Source: Patescibacteria group bacterium | Lineage (GTDB): Bacteria > Patescibacteriota > Microgenomatia > CAYGWK01 | Direction: 5' to 3' | Length of the DNA: 64,000 nucleotides | NCBI GenBank assembly: GCA_049322615.1 | Contig: JBMORX010000005.1 | Span: 395 to 64,394 of the forward strand | Shown here: positions 17,133 to 26,997 of the stretch, in pieces | Numbering within the stretch: the stretch's first letter is position 1 | How the letters are laid out: each line of letters opens with the position of its first letter | The notes under the pieces: model-generated | Told to the model about the DNA's origin: nothing | Database searches by the model: none | The model's input: the letters and a program-made list of their open reading frames with translations, nothing else | Translations under genes and position numbers: made by a program

Positions 17133-18192
17133 AATCAAGTGCTCATCAGGTATTAAATCAGGTGCCCATCGTCTTGTTTTAATCGATGGCAATGCCATTT
17201 TGCACCGCGCCTATCATGCCCTTCCGCCCTTAACTATCCGTTCTGGAGAATTGGTTAATGCTGTTTACGGATTTACGACCATGCTTCTTAAGGTAATTTC
17301 CGATCTAAAGCCAAAATATTTGGCGGTGGCTTTTGATACCCCAAAACCTACTTTTAGGCAGATAGAATATGTTGGTTATCAAGCCCAAAGACCGGAGATG
17401 GAGGCAGAACTTTCTTCGCAAATTAGTCGAGTTTATGAGATTCTTAAGAGTATGGGAATTCCCATTTTTGAGAAAGAGGGATTTGAGGCAGATGATGTTA
17501 TTGGGACAATCGCTCGCCAAGCGAGCGAAGAGACTAAGATATTAAGAGATAAAGATATTAAGAGAAGAAAAAGAAAAGCACCTAGTATCTTAGTATCTAA
17601 ATATCCTAATATCGAAGTCATTATCGTTACTGGTGACCGGGATATGATGCAATTGGTGGGACCAAAAATTATGGTTTATGCCCCAATTAGAGGACTATCC
17701 GAAGCCCAGTTTTTTGACGAAGAAAAAGTAGAAGAAAAAATTGGAGTTAAACCTTGGCAGATTTCAGATTTTAAAGGGTTAACTGGCGATGCCTCGGATA
17801 ATTATCCAGGAGTGCCGGGAATTGGGCCAAAAACCGCGGTTTTGCTTTTAAAAAGATTTGGGACTTTGGAGAAACTTTATAAAAATCTTTCGGAGGTTGG
17901 AAGATATTTTAATCCAAGTGTCGTTGGCAAACTTTCTCAAGGAGAAGAACTGGCGAGAATTTCTAAAAAATTGGCAACGATAGTCACCGATGTTCCTTTA
18001 AAGGTTGATTTAGAAAAATGTAAGTTTGAATTTAGTGATGAAGAAAGGCAACAAACAATTAAAAAATTAGAAGAGTTAAGATTTAAAAGCCTGGTGGAGA
18101 GGTTAAAGAAGCCGGCAACACCCGCCTTCGCCAAGGCTACGGCGGGCAGGCAGAGGGCACAGAGGGGCGGGGGACAGTTAAAGCTGGTCTAG
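17122..18192 (+). CDS. 5'-3' exonuclease (Pol I N-terminal FEN-like domain)
   Basis: LVLIDGNAILHRAYHA..., GFEADDVIGT, H3TH region GIGPKTA; contains in-frame G-family insert (17531-17612) and C-family insert at C-terminus (18111-18170). Confidence 0.75.
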   Translation: MGGKIKCSSGIKSGAHRLVLIDGNAILHRAYHALPPLTIRSGELVNAVYGFTTMLLKVISDLKPKYLAVAFDTPKPTFRQIEYVGYQAQRPEMEAELSSQISRVYEILKSMGIPIFEKEGFEADDVIGTIARQASEETKILRDKDIKRRKRKAPSILVSKYPNIEVIIVTGDRDMMQLVGPKIMVYAPIRGLSEAQFFDEEKVEEKIGVKPWQISDFKGLTGDASDNYPGVPGIGPKTAVLLLKRFGTLEKLYKNLSEVGRYFNPSVVGKLSQGEELARISKKLATIVTDVPLKVDLEKCKFEFSDEERQQTIKKLEELRFKSLVERLKKPATPAFAKATAGRQRAQRGGGQLKLV

Positions 18193-18203
18193 CCATAAAA
18201 AGT

Positions 18204-18278
18204 GGGCCCCCTTGCGGGGGCCCATGGTGGTCTCGCCTTTCGGCGAGACCTTAAATGCTTGAGTCTTTCGACTCAAGC
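18204..18278 (+). terminator. three tandem GC-rich stem-loops after exonuclease gene
   Basis: gggccccc-ttgc-gggggccc; ggtctcgcc-tttc-ggcgagacc; gcttgagtc-tttc-gactcaagc. Confidence 0.5.
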
Positions 18279-18307
18279 AAAGGAAAGTATAGCATATAAA
18301 AAAGTGT

Positions 18308-19429
18308 TTGTCAAGCCCCAGACGCAAAAACGCAAAAATGAAAGTTGCTTTAGTCCATGATTATCTTAAAGAATACGGTGGAGCCGAGCGGGTGTTGGAG
18401 GCTCTGACGGAAATTTATCCCGAGGCACCGATTTATACTGCTTTTATGGTCAAAAATTCTGCCGCAGGTAAAGCCTTTGCTGGAAAAAAAATCATCACTT
18501 CTTGGGCAAACTGGTTTTTGCCTTTCAAAAATCTTTATAGTCCTTTAAGGTTTTTAATCCCTTTAATTTGGGAAAGTTTTGATTTTCGAGAATTTGATAT
18601 CGTTATCTCTTCTGCCTCGTGGTATATTACTAAAAGTATTCTCACTTCTCCAGAGACCCTGCATATTTGTTATTGCCATACTCCGCCTCGCTGGCTTTAT
18701 GGATACCAGACCGCAGTTGAGTGGAAAAGATTTTTGCCAATTCGAGTTTATGGTGAGATTTTGGCTTTTTTCTTGCGGAAATATGATTTTCTGGCGGCCC
18801 AGCGGGTTGATGAATTTATTGCAAATTCAAAAAATACCAGGCAGAGAATTAAAAAGTTTTATCGTCGAGACTCAACGGTGATTTATCCGCCGGTTTCTTT
18901 CGGAGGTTCGACCTCTTTGGAGGTCGAACCTCTTAAGGAGCGTTATTTTCTCTGTGTTTCTCGCCTTTCAGGTGCCAAAAATATTGATTTAGCAATTTCT
19001 GCCTGCAGCAAACTTGGGGAGAATTTGTGGATTGTGGGCTCTGGGCAAGAAGAGCAGAAATTGCGTTCTCTTGCTGGACCGACGATTAGGTTTTTAGGGC
19101 AAGTAAGTGATAGTAAGTTGTGGGATATTTATAGAGGTTGCCAGGCTTTAATTGCGACGGCTCAGGATGAAGATTTTGGTATCACCCCGGTTGAAGCGAT
19201 GGCTTCGGGCAGACCGGTGATTGCTTTTCGGGGTGGAGGATATTTAGAATCAGTCATAGAGGGAAAAACCGGAGTTTTCTTTAATGAGCCGACGGTTGAG
19301 TCGTTGACTGAAGCGATCAAGCAATTAAGCAATTTAGCTATTAAGCCCGAAGACTGCCGAAACCAAGCAAAAAAGTTTTCTAAAGAAAGATTTAAGCGCG
19401 AGATTCGGGAGTTTGTAGAAAACAAATGA
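18308..19429 (+). CDS. glycosyltransferase family 4 (GT-B fold)
   Basis: C-terminal EDFGITPVEAMASGRPVIA sugar-donor binding motif. Confidence 0.8.
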   Translation: MSSPRRKNAKMKVALVHDYLKEYGGAERVLEALTEIYPEAPIYTAFMVKNSAAGKAFAGKKIITSWANWFLPFKNLYSPLRFLIPLIWESFDFREFDIVISSASWYITKSILTSPETLHICYCHTPPRWLYGYQTAVEWKRFLPIRVYGEILAFFLRKYDFLAAQRVDEFIANSKNTRQRIKKFYRRDSTVIYPPVSFGGSTSLEVEPLKERYFLCVSRLSGAKNIDLAISACSKLGENLWIVGSGQEEQKLRSLAGPTIRFLGQVSDSKLWDIYRGCQALIATAQDEDFGITPVEAMASGRPVIAFRGGGYLESVIEGKTGVFFNEPTVESLTEAIKQLSNLAIKPEDCRNQAKKFSKERFKREIREFVENK

Positions 19430-19453
19430 CATGAATATAAAACGAATGGGAGA

Positions 19454-19542
19454 CCTGCAACACAGAGAGCACAGAAACTAAGATAAAAGCACAGAATCTC
19501 TGCGCCTTCTACTGTCGCTCTGTGCATTTAGTGTTGCAGGGG
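19454..19542. repeat. B-family element (cctgcaacacagagagcacagaaa ... gtgttgcagggg; 10-bp terminal inverted repeats)
   Basis: Related copy in frame inside mutM at 20344-20412; shares cacagagagcacagaaa core with A family. Confidence 0.55.
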
Positions 19543-19553
19543 AAATATTCGAA

Positions 19554-19925
19554 ATGCAGGATAACCTAGATAACAAATTAAGTGGGCAAATTATTGGGTC
19601 GGCTATAAAGGTACATAAGGCATTAGGCTCGGGAATGGTCGAGAAAATCTACCAGCGAGCCCTATATCTTGAACTAAAAAAGAGCGGCCTAAAATTTGAG
19701 CGAGAAAAGAGAATCGCGATTAAATATAATAATGTAATAGTTGGTTATCAAATAGTAGATTTTGTAGTTGAGGGAAAGGTTTTAATTGAGGTAAAAGCGG
19801 TTAGCGGTTTAGATGAGGTTCAAATTGGCCAGGTAGTCACATATTTGCATGCTACCAAAATACCGTTGGGTTTAATCTTAAATTTCGGCAAAAGCAAGTT
19901 GGAGATTAAAAGGGTCAAGATATAA
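19554..19925 (+). CDS. GxxExxY-family protein
   Basis: YQIVDFVVEGKVLIEVKAV...GLILNFG. Confidence 0.7.
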   Translation: MQDNLDNKLSGQIIGSAIKVHKALGSGMVEKIYQRALYLELKKSGLKFEREKRIAIKYNNVIVGYQIVDFVVEGKVLIEVKAVSGLDEVQIGQVVTYLHATKIPLGLILNFGKSKLEIKRVKI

Positions 19926-20142
19926 TCAGAAAGAGGCACATAAATGAATGAAGAAAGGAAAAATGGTATTTATTGTGGAGGGACAATGGGGGGTAGGCTT
20001 CCACCTCTGAAGAATGGAACTCCTTGGTATGGAGATGAAAGTAGTGGTGTGTGGGGCGAGAAGCCAGACTCTGAAGTAACCGACCTGCCAGCCGAGGATT
20101 CAATACCAATGGGGGAAGATCTGAGTAAGAAAAAGGAGAAAA

Positions 20143-21120
20143 ATGCCAGAGTTGCCTGAAGTAGAAACAATTAAGCGCAGTTTGCAAAAATCGATTGTTG
20201 GGAAGAAAATTACCGGGGTTCAGGTTTTGTTGGTTAAACAGTTTCAGGGCAAAAAAGAGGAGGTGATTGGTAGAGAAATTTTAGGGATAGAGAGAAGGGG
20301 CAAGGTGTTAATTGTTGCGTTGGGAAAGAAACCGGATAAGGAGCCTGCAACACAGAGAGCACAGAAAACCTCCGTGCCTTCTACTAAATTCAGTGCCTTC
20401 GGTGTTGCAGGGAAAATATTCGGGACCGAGGTGGTGGCCGTTCCAGAGGGCACAGAGAAAGTATTGCTTATTCACTTCAAACTCACCGGCCAGTTAGTCT
20501 GGGTGCCGAAAGCAGGGGAGAGAGTAACCCTGGGACATCCAATTCCTTTTGCTGGCACCGAGTTACCAGCCAAAACCACTCATGTGATTTTTGGAATCGA
20601 TGGCGGACGGTTATTCTTTAATGATTTGCGCCAATTTGGCTGGATAAAAGTTATAAGTGACTTAAGTAACTTAAGTGACTTAAGGAGATTGGGACCAGAG
20701 CCTTTTGACAAGGAATTCACGGAAGACTATCTGAAACAAATCTTTTCCAAGTCCGCAAAACCGATAAAACTGGTTTTAATGGACCAGGAAAAAATTGCCG
20801 GAATAGGGAATATTTACGCTAATGATAGTCTGTGGGAGGCAGGAATAAGGCCGGATAAGCCGGCCAAGCAATTGAGCGATTTAGCCATTGAGCAATTAAG
20901 AAAAGCGATAATTAGGGTTTTAGAGGATGGGTTAAAATACGGAGGGTCTTCGGCGGCAGACGAAGCATATATTCGACCGGATGCCACTCCAGGTTTATAC
21001 CAAGAACACTTCCGAGTCTATCAGCGGGATGATCAACCCTGCCTTCGGTGTGGAACTAGAATACAGAGAGTAGAGCTAGGTGGAAGAGGCACATTTTATT
21101 GCCCCAAGTGTCAAAGGTAA
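20143..21120 (+). CDS. mutM: formamidopyrimidine-DNA glycosylase (Fpg/MutM)
   Basis: N-terminal MPELPEVETI (catalytic Pro2/Glu3), C-terminal zinc finger CLRCG...CPKCQ; lengthened by in-frame B-family insert. Confidence 0.85.
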   Translation: MPELPEVETIKRSLQKSIVGKKITGVQVLLVKQFQGKKEEVIGREILGIERRGKVLIVALGKKPDKEPATQRAQKTSVPSTKFSAFGVAGKIFGTEVVAVPEGTEKVLLIHFKLTGQLVWVPKAGERVTLGHPIPFAGTELPAKTTHVIFGIDGGRLFFNDLRQFGWIKVISDLSNLSDLRRLGPEPFDKEFTEDYLKQIFSKSAKPIKLVLMDQEKIAGIGNIYANDSLWEAGIRPDKPAKQLSDLAIEQLRKAIIRVLEDGLKYGGSSAADEAYIRPDATPGLYQEHFRVYQRDDQPCLRCGTRIQRVELGGRGTFYCPKCQR

Positions 21121-21228
21121 GAGTAAAAATCAAAAATGAAAAATCAAATATTCATAGCAAAATTTAAATATTTTTATTTTTAATTTGTATTTTTGATATT
21201 TGCTTTTTGATATTTAATATTAAGACTG

Positions 21229-22293
21229 ATGCTTCTTAAGCAACTGAGACTTTCTGATTTTCGAAACTATTCTCAAAAAGAATTTAGTTTTTCGGAGGGG
21301 ACAACTTTAATCGTTGGTCCCAACACTTCGGGGAAGACCAATCTTTTAGAAGGAATTTATTTACTAGCCACTGGTAAATCTTTTCGGGCCGGACTGGAAA
21401 GTGAAATGATTGCCTATGACCAAGATTTATCAAGAGTTAAAGGTAGGATTTTAAACAAAGGAAGGACTGATTTGGAAATAATTTTAACCAGAGGCGAGGT
21501 TTTGGGCGAGAAGGTGGCTAAGAAAAAATACCAGGTTAATGGGATTTCCAAGCGAGCGGTGGATTTTGTGGGAAAATTGCGAGCCGTCTATTTTGGGCCA
21601 GAAGATTTGGATTTGGTCACTAACTCGCCATCGCTTCGCCGAAAATATCTGGATTCGGTTTTATCCCAGGTGGACAGAGAATATAGTCGCTCGGCTCTTT
21701 CTTATGAGAAAGGATTACGCCAGAGAAACAGGCTTCTGGAGCGGATAAGAGATGAAGGTGCTTCTCGCTCTCAACTTTTATTTTGGAACCAACTTTTGAT
21801 TAAAAACGGAGAATATATTACCAGGAAAAGGGAGGAGTTTATTGAGTTTATCAACAGCGTTCAGTATTCAGTGTTCAGCTTTAAGCTGGAATATGACAAA
21901 AGCATCATATCTCCGGCTCGACTTGAGGATTATGCTGAAGAAGAGGTGGCGGCGGGGGTAACTTTAGTCGGTCCTCATCGGGACGATTTTACCTTCACAC
22001 ACCCGGTGTGTGATAGGTTGACACATCGGGATCTTTCAGCCTATGGCTCAAGGGGAGAACAGAGACTTTCAATTTTATGGTTAAAACTAGCTGAACTTGA
22101 ATTCATAAGCGAAAAAGTTGGTGAGCGACCAATTCTTCTTTTAGATGATATTTTTTCCGAACTTGACAAAAAACACCGCAAACTGGTTTTAGAGATCATT
22201 CCCTCCCAACAAACAATAATTACGACCACCGATTTAGATTTGGTGGAAAAAGAATACCAAAAACAAAAAGAGGTGGTAAAATTAGGTCAATGA
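21229..22293 (+). CDS. recF: DNA replication and repair protein RecF
   Basis: Walker A GPNTSGKTNLLE; contains in-frame copy of the 17-bp palindrome (THPVCDRLTHRD). Confidence 0.85.
   Translation: MLLKQLRLSDFRNYSQKEFSFSEGTTLIVGPNTSGKTNLLEGIYLLATGKSFRAGLESEMIAYDQDLSRVKGRILNKGRTDLEIILTRGEVLGEKVAKKKYQVNGISKRAVDFVGKLRAVYFGPEDLDLVTNSPSLRRKYLDSVLSQVDREYSRSALSYEKGLRQRNRLLERIRDEGASRSQLLFWNQLLIKNGEYITRKREEFIEFINSVQYSVFSFKLEYDKSIISPARLEDYAEEEVAAGVTLVGPHRDDFTFTHPVCDRLTHRDLSAYGSRGEQRLSILWLKLAELEFISEKVGERPILLLDDIFSELDKKHRKLVLEIIPSQQTIITTTDLDLVEKEYQKQKEVVKLGQ
21996..22012. repeat. J-family 17-bp palindrome cacacacccggtgtgtg (in frame inside recF)
   Basis: 8+1+8 perfect palindrome; near-copies at 23678, 23759, 48303. 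Confidence 0.6.
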
Positions 22294-23126
22294 GAGAATT
22301 TAAAGAAGAAGAAGTTAAAAAACTTTCCAAGCCCCATGAGAATTCTTCTAAAGAGGATAACGGTCAGGTGACAATCATTGGCGGCTCAAGCCTTTTTCAT
22401 GGAGCGCCGATTTTGGCTTTAAAAACTGCTTCAAGAGTGGTGGATATGGTTTTTTTCGCCTCACCTGAAGCATCGGTTGGCAAGGTGGCAGAAAGAATAA
22501 AAAGCAAACTTTCTTCTTTTATTTGGGTTCCTTGGGATCACCTTGCGGAATACTTAGAGAAATCAGATGCCATCCTTATTGGTCCAGGCTTTATGCGTTA
22601 CCACAAAGACACAAACAATCGCTGTGATCTAGCTTGTCGGGAGACACGATCCATCACCGAAAAATTTTTAAAAGTCTGGCCCAAGAAGCAATGGGTGATT
22701 GATGCGGGTTCTTTGCAAACGATAGATCCTCTCCGGATTCCCCAAAATGCCATTTTAACTCCTAATCGTAAAGAATTTGCCCGTCTTTTTGGTTTGAGAA
22801 TGAATCAGGAAAACTTAAGAGTTATGGCCCAAAAATATCATTGTCTTATTGTGGGAAAGGGCGTGGAAACAATTGTTGCTTCCTCCCGCGAGTCAGTTTT
22901 GGTGAAAGGGGGAAATGCTGGGTTGACCAAAGGGGGGACGGGTGATGTTTTGGCCGGGTTAACGGTGGCTTTGGCTGCCAAAAATCCGCCATTTTTGGCT
23001 GCTTGTGCTTCTTCCTGGATTGTTAAAAAAGCGGCTGATGAATTATATAATAAGGTAGGTTTTGCCTATAATGCCGACGATTTAGCCGAAAAAGTACCCG
23101 AAGTTTTGAAGAAATATTTTTGTTAG
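22290..23126 (+). CDS. NAD(P)H-hydrate dehydratase (YjeF C-terminal/Nnr2 family)
   Basis: GGSSLFHGAPILALKTASRVVDMV...GKGVETIVAS...GGNAGLTKGGTGDVLAG. Confidence 0.75.
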   Translation: MREFKEEEVKKLSKPHENSSKEDNGQVTIIGGSSLFHGAPILALKTASRVVDMVFFASPEASVGKVAERIKSKLSSFIWVPWDHLAEYLEKSDAILIGPGFMRYHKDTNNRCDLACRETRSITEKFLKVWPKKQWVIDAGSLQTIDPLRIPQNAILTPNRKEFARLFGLRMNQENLRVMAQKYHCLIVGKGVETIVASSRESVLVKGGNAGLTKGGTGDVLAGLTVALAAKNPPFLAACASSWIVKKAADELYNKVGFAYNADDLAEKVPEVLKKYFC

Positions 23127-23173
23127 TTCCCCAGGTGTGAGTAGGAAAACACCCCTGGGGTGTAAACCTAAAC

Positions 23174-23665
23174 ATGGGTGATTTAACCGAGCAAAAACTT
23201 GAACAGGGTGCAATCTTGCAAGATGAGCACGACAAGCCGGATATTTTTGCAAGACTCCCGAAAATAAAATTCAATTTTGATGAGGAAGGCAGATTTACGG
23301 GTTACGACACCCCGGGTAAAAATCCTCAAAGGGGACTTACATCTTCAAATTTAGGACCAGTTTTGTGGAATAGTGAGCCCCACAGGAAAGCCTTTCAAGC
23401 ATACGATGCCGTTATGAGGTGCCCGAAAGTCTACGCTGCTACTCATGGGTTTGGGTACTGGAGTGATAAAGATGCTCCAAATGAGTTTGCTCCAATCCAA
23501 GAACGAGCCAGGGCGACAGTAGGAGGGGAGATCACCAAAGAGTGCGAGAGGTTTGTTCAAGATATAATTGACTGGACAAACTCTCACCCTAAGCTTTTTG
23601 AAGATTATTTACGAGAAGTGGAAGAAGAGGGTGAATTTGTAATTGTAAAGGTCAAGAAGATTTGA
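23174..23665 (+). CDS. hypothetical protein
   Basis: 163-aa ORF. Confidence 0.3.
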   Translation: MGDLTEQKLEQGAILQDEHDKPDIFARLPKIKFNFDEEGRFTGYDTPGKNPQRGLTSSNLGPVLWNSEPHRKAFQAYDAVMRCPKVYAATHGFGYWSDKDAPNEFAPIQERARATVGGEITKECERFVQDIIDWTNSHPKLFEDYLREVEEEGEFVIVKVKKI

Positions 23666-23677
23666 GTATCGAGATAT

Positions 23678-23775
23678 CACGCACCCGGTGTGTGAATGTA
23701 TATACATAGGAGAATATTTAAGATGAAGTTTGCTGAAATACCCGAGGTGTCAAGCCATCACACACCTGGTGTGTG
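23678..23775. promoter_or_regulatory. two copies of the 17-bp palindrome (cacgcacccggtgtgtg; cacacacctggtgtgtg) 65 bp apart, upstream of the flavoprotein gene
   Basis: Operator-like dyad symmetry; positions 23678-23694 and 23759-23775. Confidence 0.4.
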
Positions 23776-23816
23776 CAAAGTGCGCAAACTAGTGTACAAT
23801 CTAGTATGAAGATTAC

Positions 23817-24368
23817 ATGAAGATTGTTGGAATTTGTGGTAGCCCGAGAAAAAATAGCAACTCCACCAGAATGGTGGAAGAGGTTCTTAGAGGCGCAAAA
23901 GACACGGGGGCTCAAATAGAGATTATTAAGCTTGGAGATTTAAAAATTGAATTTTGTGATGGATGTTTGAGTTGTGATCAGACTGGGAAGTGCCATTTTA
24001 ATGATGGGATGAATGAGATTTGCGAGAGAATGGCGAGAGCGGACGGATTTGTCTTCGGCTCACCGACGAGATTCGATAATGTCTCGGGAATGATGAAAAA
24101 CTTTATGGACAGAACCAATCCACTCTGCAAAGACGCTCGCCTAAAAGGGAAAACAACGGGATTGGTAACAGTGGGGTATTGGGAAGAAAATGTTTCTAGA
24201 GAAAGAGCAATTAACTGCTTTAAAAATTTCTGTGAAGCCCATGAGATGGAAGTTATTGGAGATTTGGAGGCGTATGAGAAGAGTGGTAGGCCAGGAGAAA
24301 TTGCCAAAAAGAAAGACGTCCTAGAAGAATGCTATAAACTAGGACAGAGGTTGGCAGGAGTTGTTTGA
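23817..24368 (+). CDS. NADPH-dependent FMN reductase-fold flavoprotein (iron-sulfur flavoprotein-like)
   Basis: MKIVGICGSPRKNSNS N-terminus, CDGCLSCDQTGKC cysteine cluster. Confidence 0.7.
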   Translation: MKIVGICGSPRKNSNSTRMVEEVLRGAKDTGAQIEIIKLGDLKIEFCDGCLSCDQTGKCHFNDGMNEICERMARADGFVFGSPTRFDNVSGMMKNFMDRTNPLCKDARLKGKTTGLVTVGYWEENVSRERAINCFKNFCEAHEMEVIGDLEAYEKSGRPGEIAKKKDVLEECYKLGQRLAGVV

Positions 24369-24475
24369 GTTCACTTCATTACTACACCGTAATGAAGTTT
24401 TGGTACCATTTATGCTGGAGCATTATTTGTACCATTTATTTTTTCCGTAGATGCAGAAGCAGAATTGGTAAGTTT

Positions 24476-24898
24476 TTAACTCTTTCTGTTTTTCCAATCG
24501 ATGCCAAAACTCCATTTATATCGCTCAAAGGTAATTTTTGCTTTATCAAAAAATATGTCTTGACCAAGAATGCAAGGGTATTCTTGAGTTAAAGATCCGC
24601 CGAAATAAACAGGAAGGATTAAATCTCGACCAGCAATTTCTATGGTGATTTCTTTAGGAAAACAATCCATTTTGCTTTGATTAAATCCCGTAATGGAAAC
24701 AGGTTTAATCTTCTTAAAATTAATTCCCAGATAAAGCGCTATTTTAAATGTAGCAAAAGAATAGTCGGCGCCTGAATCAATTAGAGTCAGAATTGGATAT
24801 GTCTCTTTAGATTTGTATTTATACCGCACTGGAACTAACGGACGTGGAGTAGCGGAAGGGTCTCCGGGCAAAACAAAATAGGGAAACTCCATTTTCAA
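24476..24898 (-). CDS. retropepsin-like aspartic protease
   Basis: LIDSGAD active-site motif; homologous to 63302-63712. Confidence 0.6.
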   Translation of the reverse strand: MKMEFPYFVLPGDPSATPRPLVPVRYKYKSKETYPILTLIDSGADYSFATFKIALYLGINFKKIKPVSITGFNQSKMDCFPKEITIEIAGRDLILPVYFGGSLTQEYPCILGQDIFFDKAKITFERYKWSFGIDWKNRKS

Positions 24899-25107
24899 GT
24901 AATAAAACCGCGATAATTTTGTGCAGCAGAAATAAGAACTATTTCCGGGCTACCTAGTCTTTTTAATTTTAGATCAATTTCTTTTAAAGACTTTCCCCAG
25001 GTTACCACTCTCTTGTAATCTACAGAGAGAGCCACCCACCCAGAGGAATAATCTTTTAATAGCTTAACAAGAGAAACTGGTTTTTCCATCTGGAGAGATT
25101 TTAGCAT
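24895..25107 (-). CDS. small protein partner of retropepsin-like protease
   Basis: 70 aa; stop overlaps protease start (ATGA); similar to 63700-63942 (KR.V..GK.L.(D/E)I..L..K). Confidence 0.4.
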   Translation of the reverse strand: MLKSLQMEKPVSLVKLLKDYSSGWVALSVDYKRVVTWGKSLKEIDLKLKRLGSPEIVLISAAQNYRGFIT

Positions 25108-25262
25108 ATTAAAAGGGGCAGTGCAATTCCTAATTTTCTTCTTCTTGTTATTTTCCGCAGAATTTGCGATAATTAAATAAGTAATTAGTAAATAGTAATT
25201 TGTAATTTGGACTAGACGTTTTTCTCCTAATTACTAATTACCAATTACGAATTACTAGATTA

Positions 25263-25409
25263 ATGTACGTTCCTGAATTTACAATCACTAACGAAATCTT
25301 GAAAAACATTGGCATTATTGAAGCCTGTCGGCCCAGCCAAATTTTACCTCTCGCCTTAGTAGATTTCTACTGCGGCTCGAGGAGCAATTTTAGGCGGGTT
25401 TGGCAGTAA
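25263..25409 (+). CDS. upstream ORF: N-terminal mimic of Fic (MYVPEFTITNEILKNIGIIEA) running through an E-family palindromic element; stops 4 nt before fic start
   Basis: See findings; first 21 codons encode near-identical peptide to fic N-terminus with mostly synonymous differences. Confidence 0.5.
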   Translation: MYVPEFTITNEILKNIGIIEACRPSQILPLALVDFYCGSRSNFRRVWQ

Positions 25410-25413
25410 AATC

Positions 25414-26547
25414 GTGTATCAACCAAAATTTACAATTACCAACGATATTCTTAAGAATATAGGCATCGTGGAAGCTGCCAAAGAAGTGATTGATAACGCT
25501 CCTTTGGTCCCGGCTTGGGAGAAGAAGTTTCGCGAAGAGGCGATGGTGCGGACGGTTCACTACGGCACTCATCTTGAGGGAAATGAGCTTTCTTTTTCTG
25601 AAGCAGAAAAAGTTTTGGAAGGACAAAAAATTGTTGCCAAAGACAGAGATATTCAAGAAGTTATAAATTATCGTAAGGTGATTAAGTATCTAGATGAATT
25701 GGTTCCGAATGAAGAACCTGCAACACCCGCCTCCGCCAAGGCTACGGCGGGCAGGCAGAAAGCACAGAAGGAAGCAGAGAGCATAGAGAAACCATATACT
25801 GAAGCGATGCTTAAAAAAATCCACTTTTTAACTTGTTATCGGATTATTCCCAAAGACCAGGCAGGTAAATTCCGCCAAACCCAGGTGGTTTTAAGAAATT
25901 CTCAAACTGGAGAAGTTGCTTTCAAACCACCACCTTCCGCTCAAGTTCCTGCTCTTGTTTCCGATTTCCTAGGCTGGTTGAATTCGGAAAGTGGAAAAAG
26001 CATTCATCCAGTGATGCGGGCGGGGATTACTCATTACGCTTTGGCGGCAATTCATCCTTTTGTTGAGGGAAATGGTCGGACCGCCCGGGCTTTTGCCACC
26101 TTGATTTTGTTCTCCGAAGGCTACGACATTAAAAAATTTTTCTCTTTAGAGGAATATTTTGACAAAGATGCTCCTTCTTATTATTCTGCCCTGATGCAAG
26201 TTTCAAACCAGAGCGAAAATCTTTCTCAAAGAGACCTAACGCCCTGGATTGAATATTTCGCCAAAGCCCTTGCCTTAGAGTTGACAAGAATAAAAGAGAG
26301 AGTGAGAAAACTTTCTTTAGACTTAAAAATTAAGGGAAGGCTGGGGCGGCAGATTGCTTTATCAGAACGACAAATGAAACTAGTTGAATACCTGGAGGAA
26401 TATAAAGAAATTACCGTTCCCCAGGCTCGCCAGATTCTTCAAATGGTTTCCGATGATACCATCCTTCGCGACTTGAAAGACCTGGTTAAAAAGAAGATAA
26501 TCAAAAAAGAGGGGAAAACTAAGGCAGCAAAATACGTTATGAAATAG
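25414..26547 (+). CDS. Fic family protein (AMPylation-type)
   Basis: HPFVEGNGRTARAF Fic motif; C-terminal winged helix; in-frame C-family insert at 25727-25790. Confidence 0.8.
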   Translation: MYQPKFTITNDILKNIGIVEAAKEVIDNAPLVPAWEKKFREEAMVRTVHYGTHLEGNELSFSEAEKVLEGQKIVAKDRDIQEVINYRKVIKYLDELVPNEEPATPASAKATAGRQKAQKEAESIEKPYTEAMLKKIHFLTCYRIIPKDQAGKFRQTQVVLRNSQTGEVAFKPPPSAQVPALVSDFLGWLNSESGKSIHPVMRAGITHYALAAIHPFVEGNGRTARAFATLILFSEGYDIKKFFSLEEYFDKDAPSYYSALMQVSNQSENLSQRDLTPWIEYFAKALALELTRIKERVRKLSLDLKIKGRLGRQIALSERQMKLVEYLEEYKEITVPQARQILQMVSDDTILRDLKDLVKKKIIKKEGKTKAAKYVMK

Positions 26548-26586
26548 TAAATATTAAATAGCAAATAGCAAAAATACATAGCAAAA

Positions 26587-26967
26587 ATGCAAAAAGGCCA
26601 AGAAGAGATTAAGAAAAAATTTAAAGCAAGACTTTATGCGTTTATTCTGAAACTAATCGAGTTTATCGATGATTTACCAAAAAAAGACAGAGTTTGTCTT
26701 ATTCTTGGGGATCAACTTTTAAGAAGCGGGACAAGCATTCTTGGTAATTGGATTGAAGGACAAGCTTCGAGTTCAAAAAAAGATTTTTTGGTTTTCCTAG
26801 AGCGATGTCTTAAATCTACTAATGAGAGTAAAATCTGGTTGGCTATCTTGCGAGATTCTGGAAGAGCGGAAAGAAAAAGAGCAGGCTGGTTTTTGAAAGA
26901 ATTAGAGGAATTCGCTAACATCTTTGCTTCGAGCATCTTAACAATCAAGGGTAAAAAATCTATTTGA
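26587..26967 (+). CDS. four-helix-bundle protein (rRNA IVS protein family)
   Basis: QLLRSGTSILGNWIEGQA... Confidence 0.65.
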   Translation: MQKGQEEIKKKFKARLYAFILKLIEFIDDLPKKDRVCLILGDQLLRSGTSILGNWIEGQASSSKKDFLVFLERCLKSTNESKIWLAILRDSGRAERKRAGWFLKELEEFANIFASSILTIKGKKSI

Positions 26968-26997
26968 AATTTACTATGTATATTTACTATTTACATT

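Noticed and set aside
19944-20159. ORF 19944-20159 between the GxxExxY gene and mutM
   Set aside because: No motif, Gly/Ser-rich low-complexity translation, overlaps the mutM start. Probably non-coding.
25263-25330. Upstream fic/pth/PHP N-terminal copies interpreted as simple target-site duplications
   Set aside because: The copies differ mainly at synonymous positions while keeping the amino acids, which a recent TSD or a decaying fragment would not do. Kept instead as the uORF finding.
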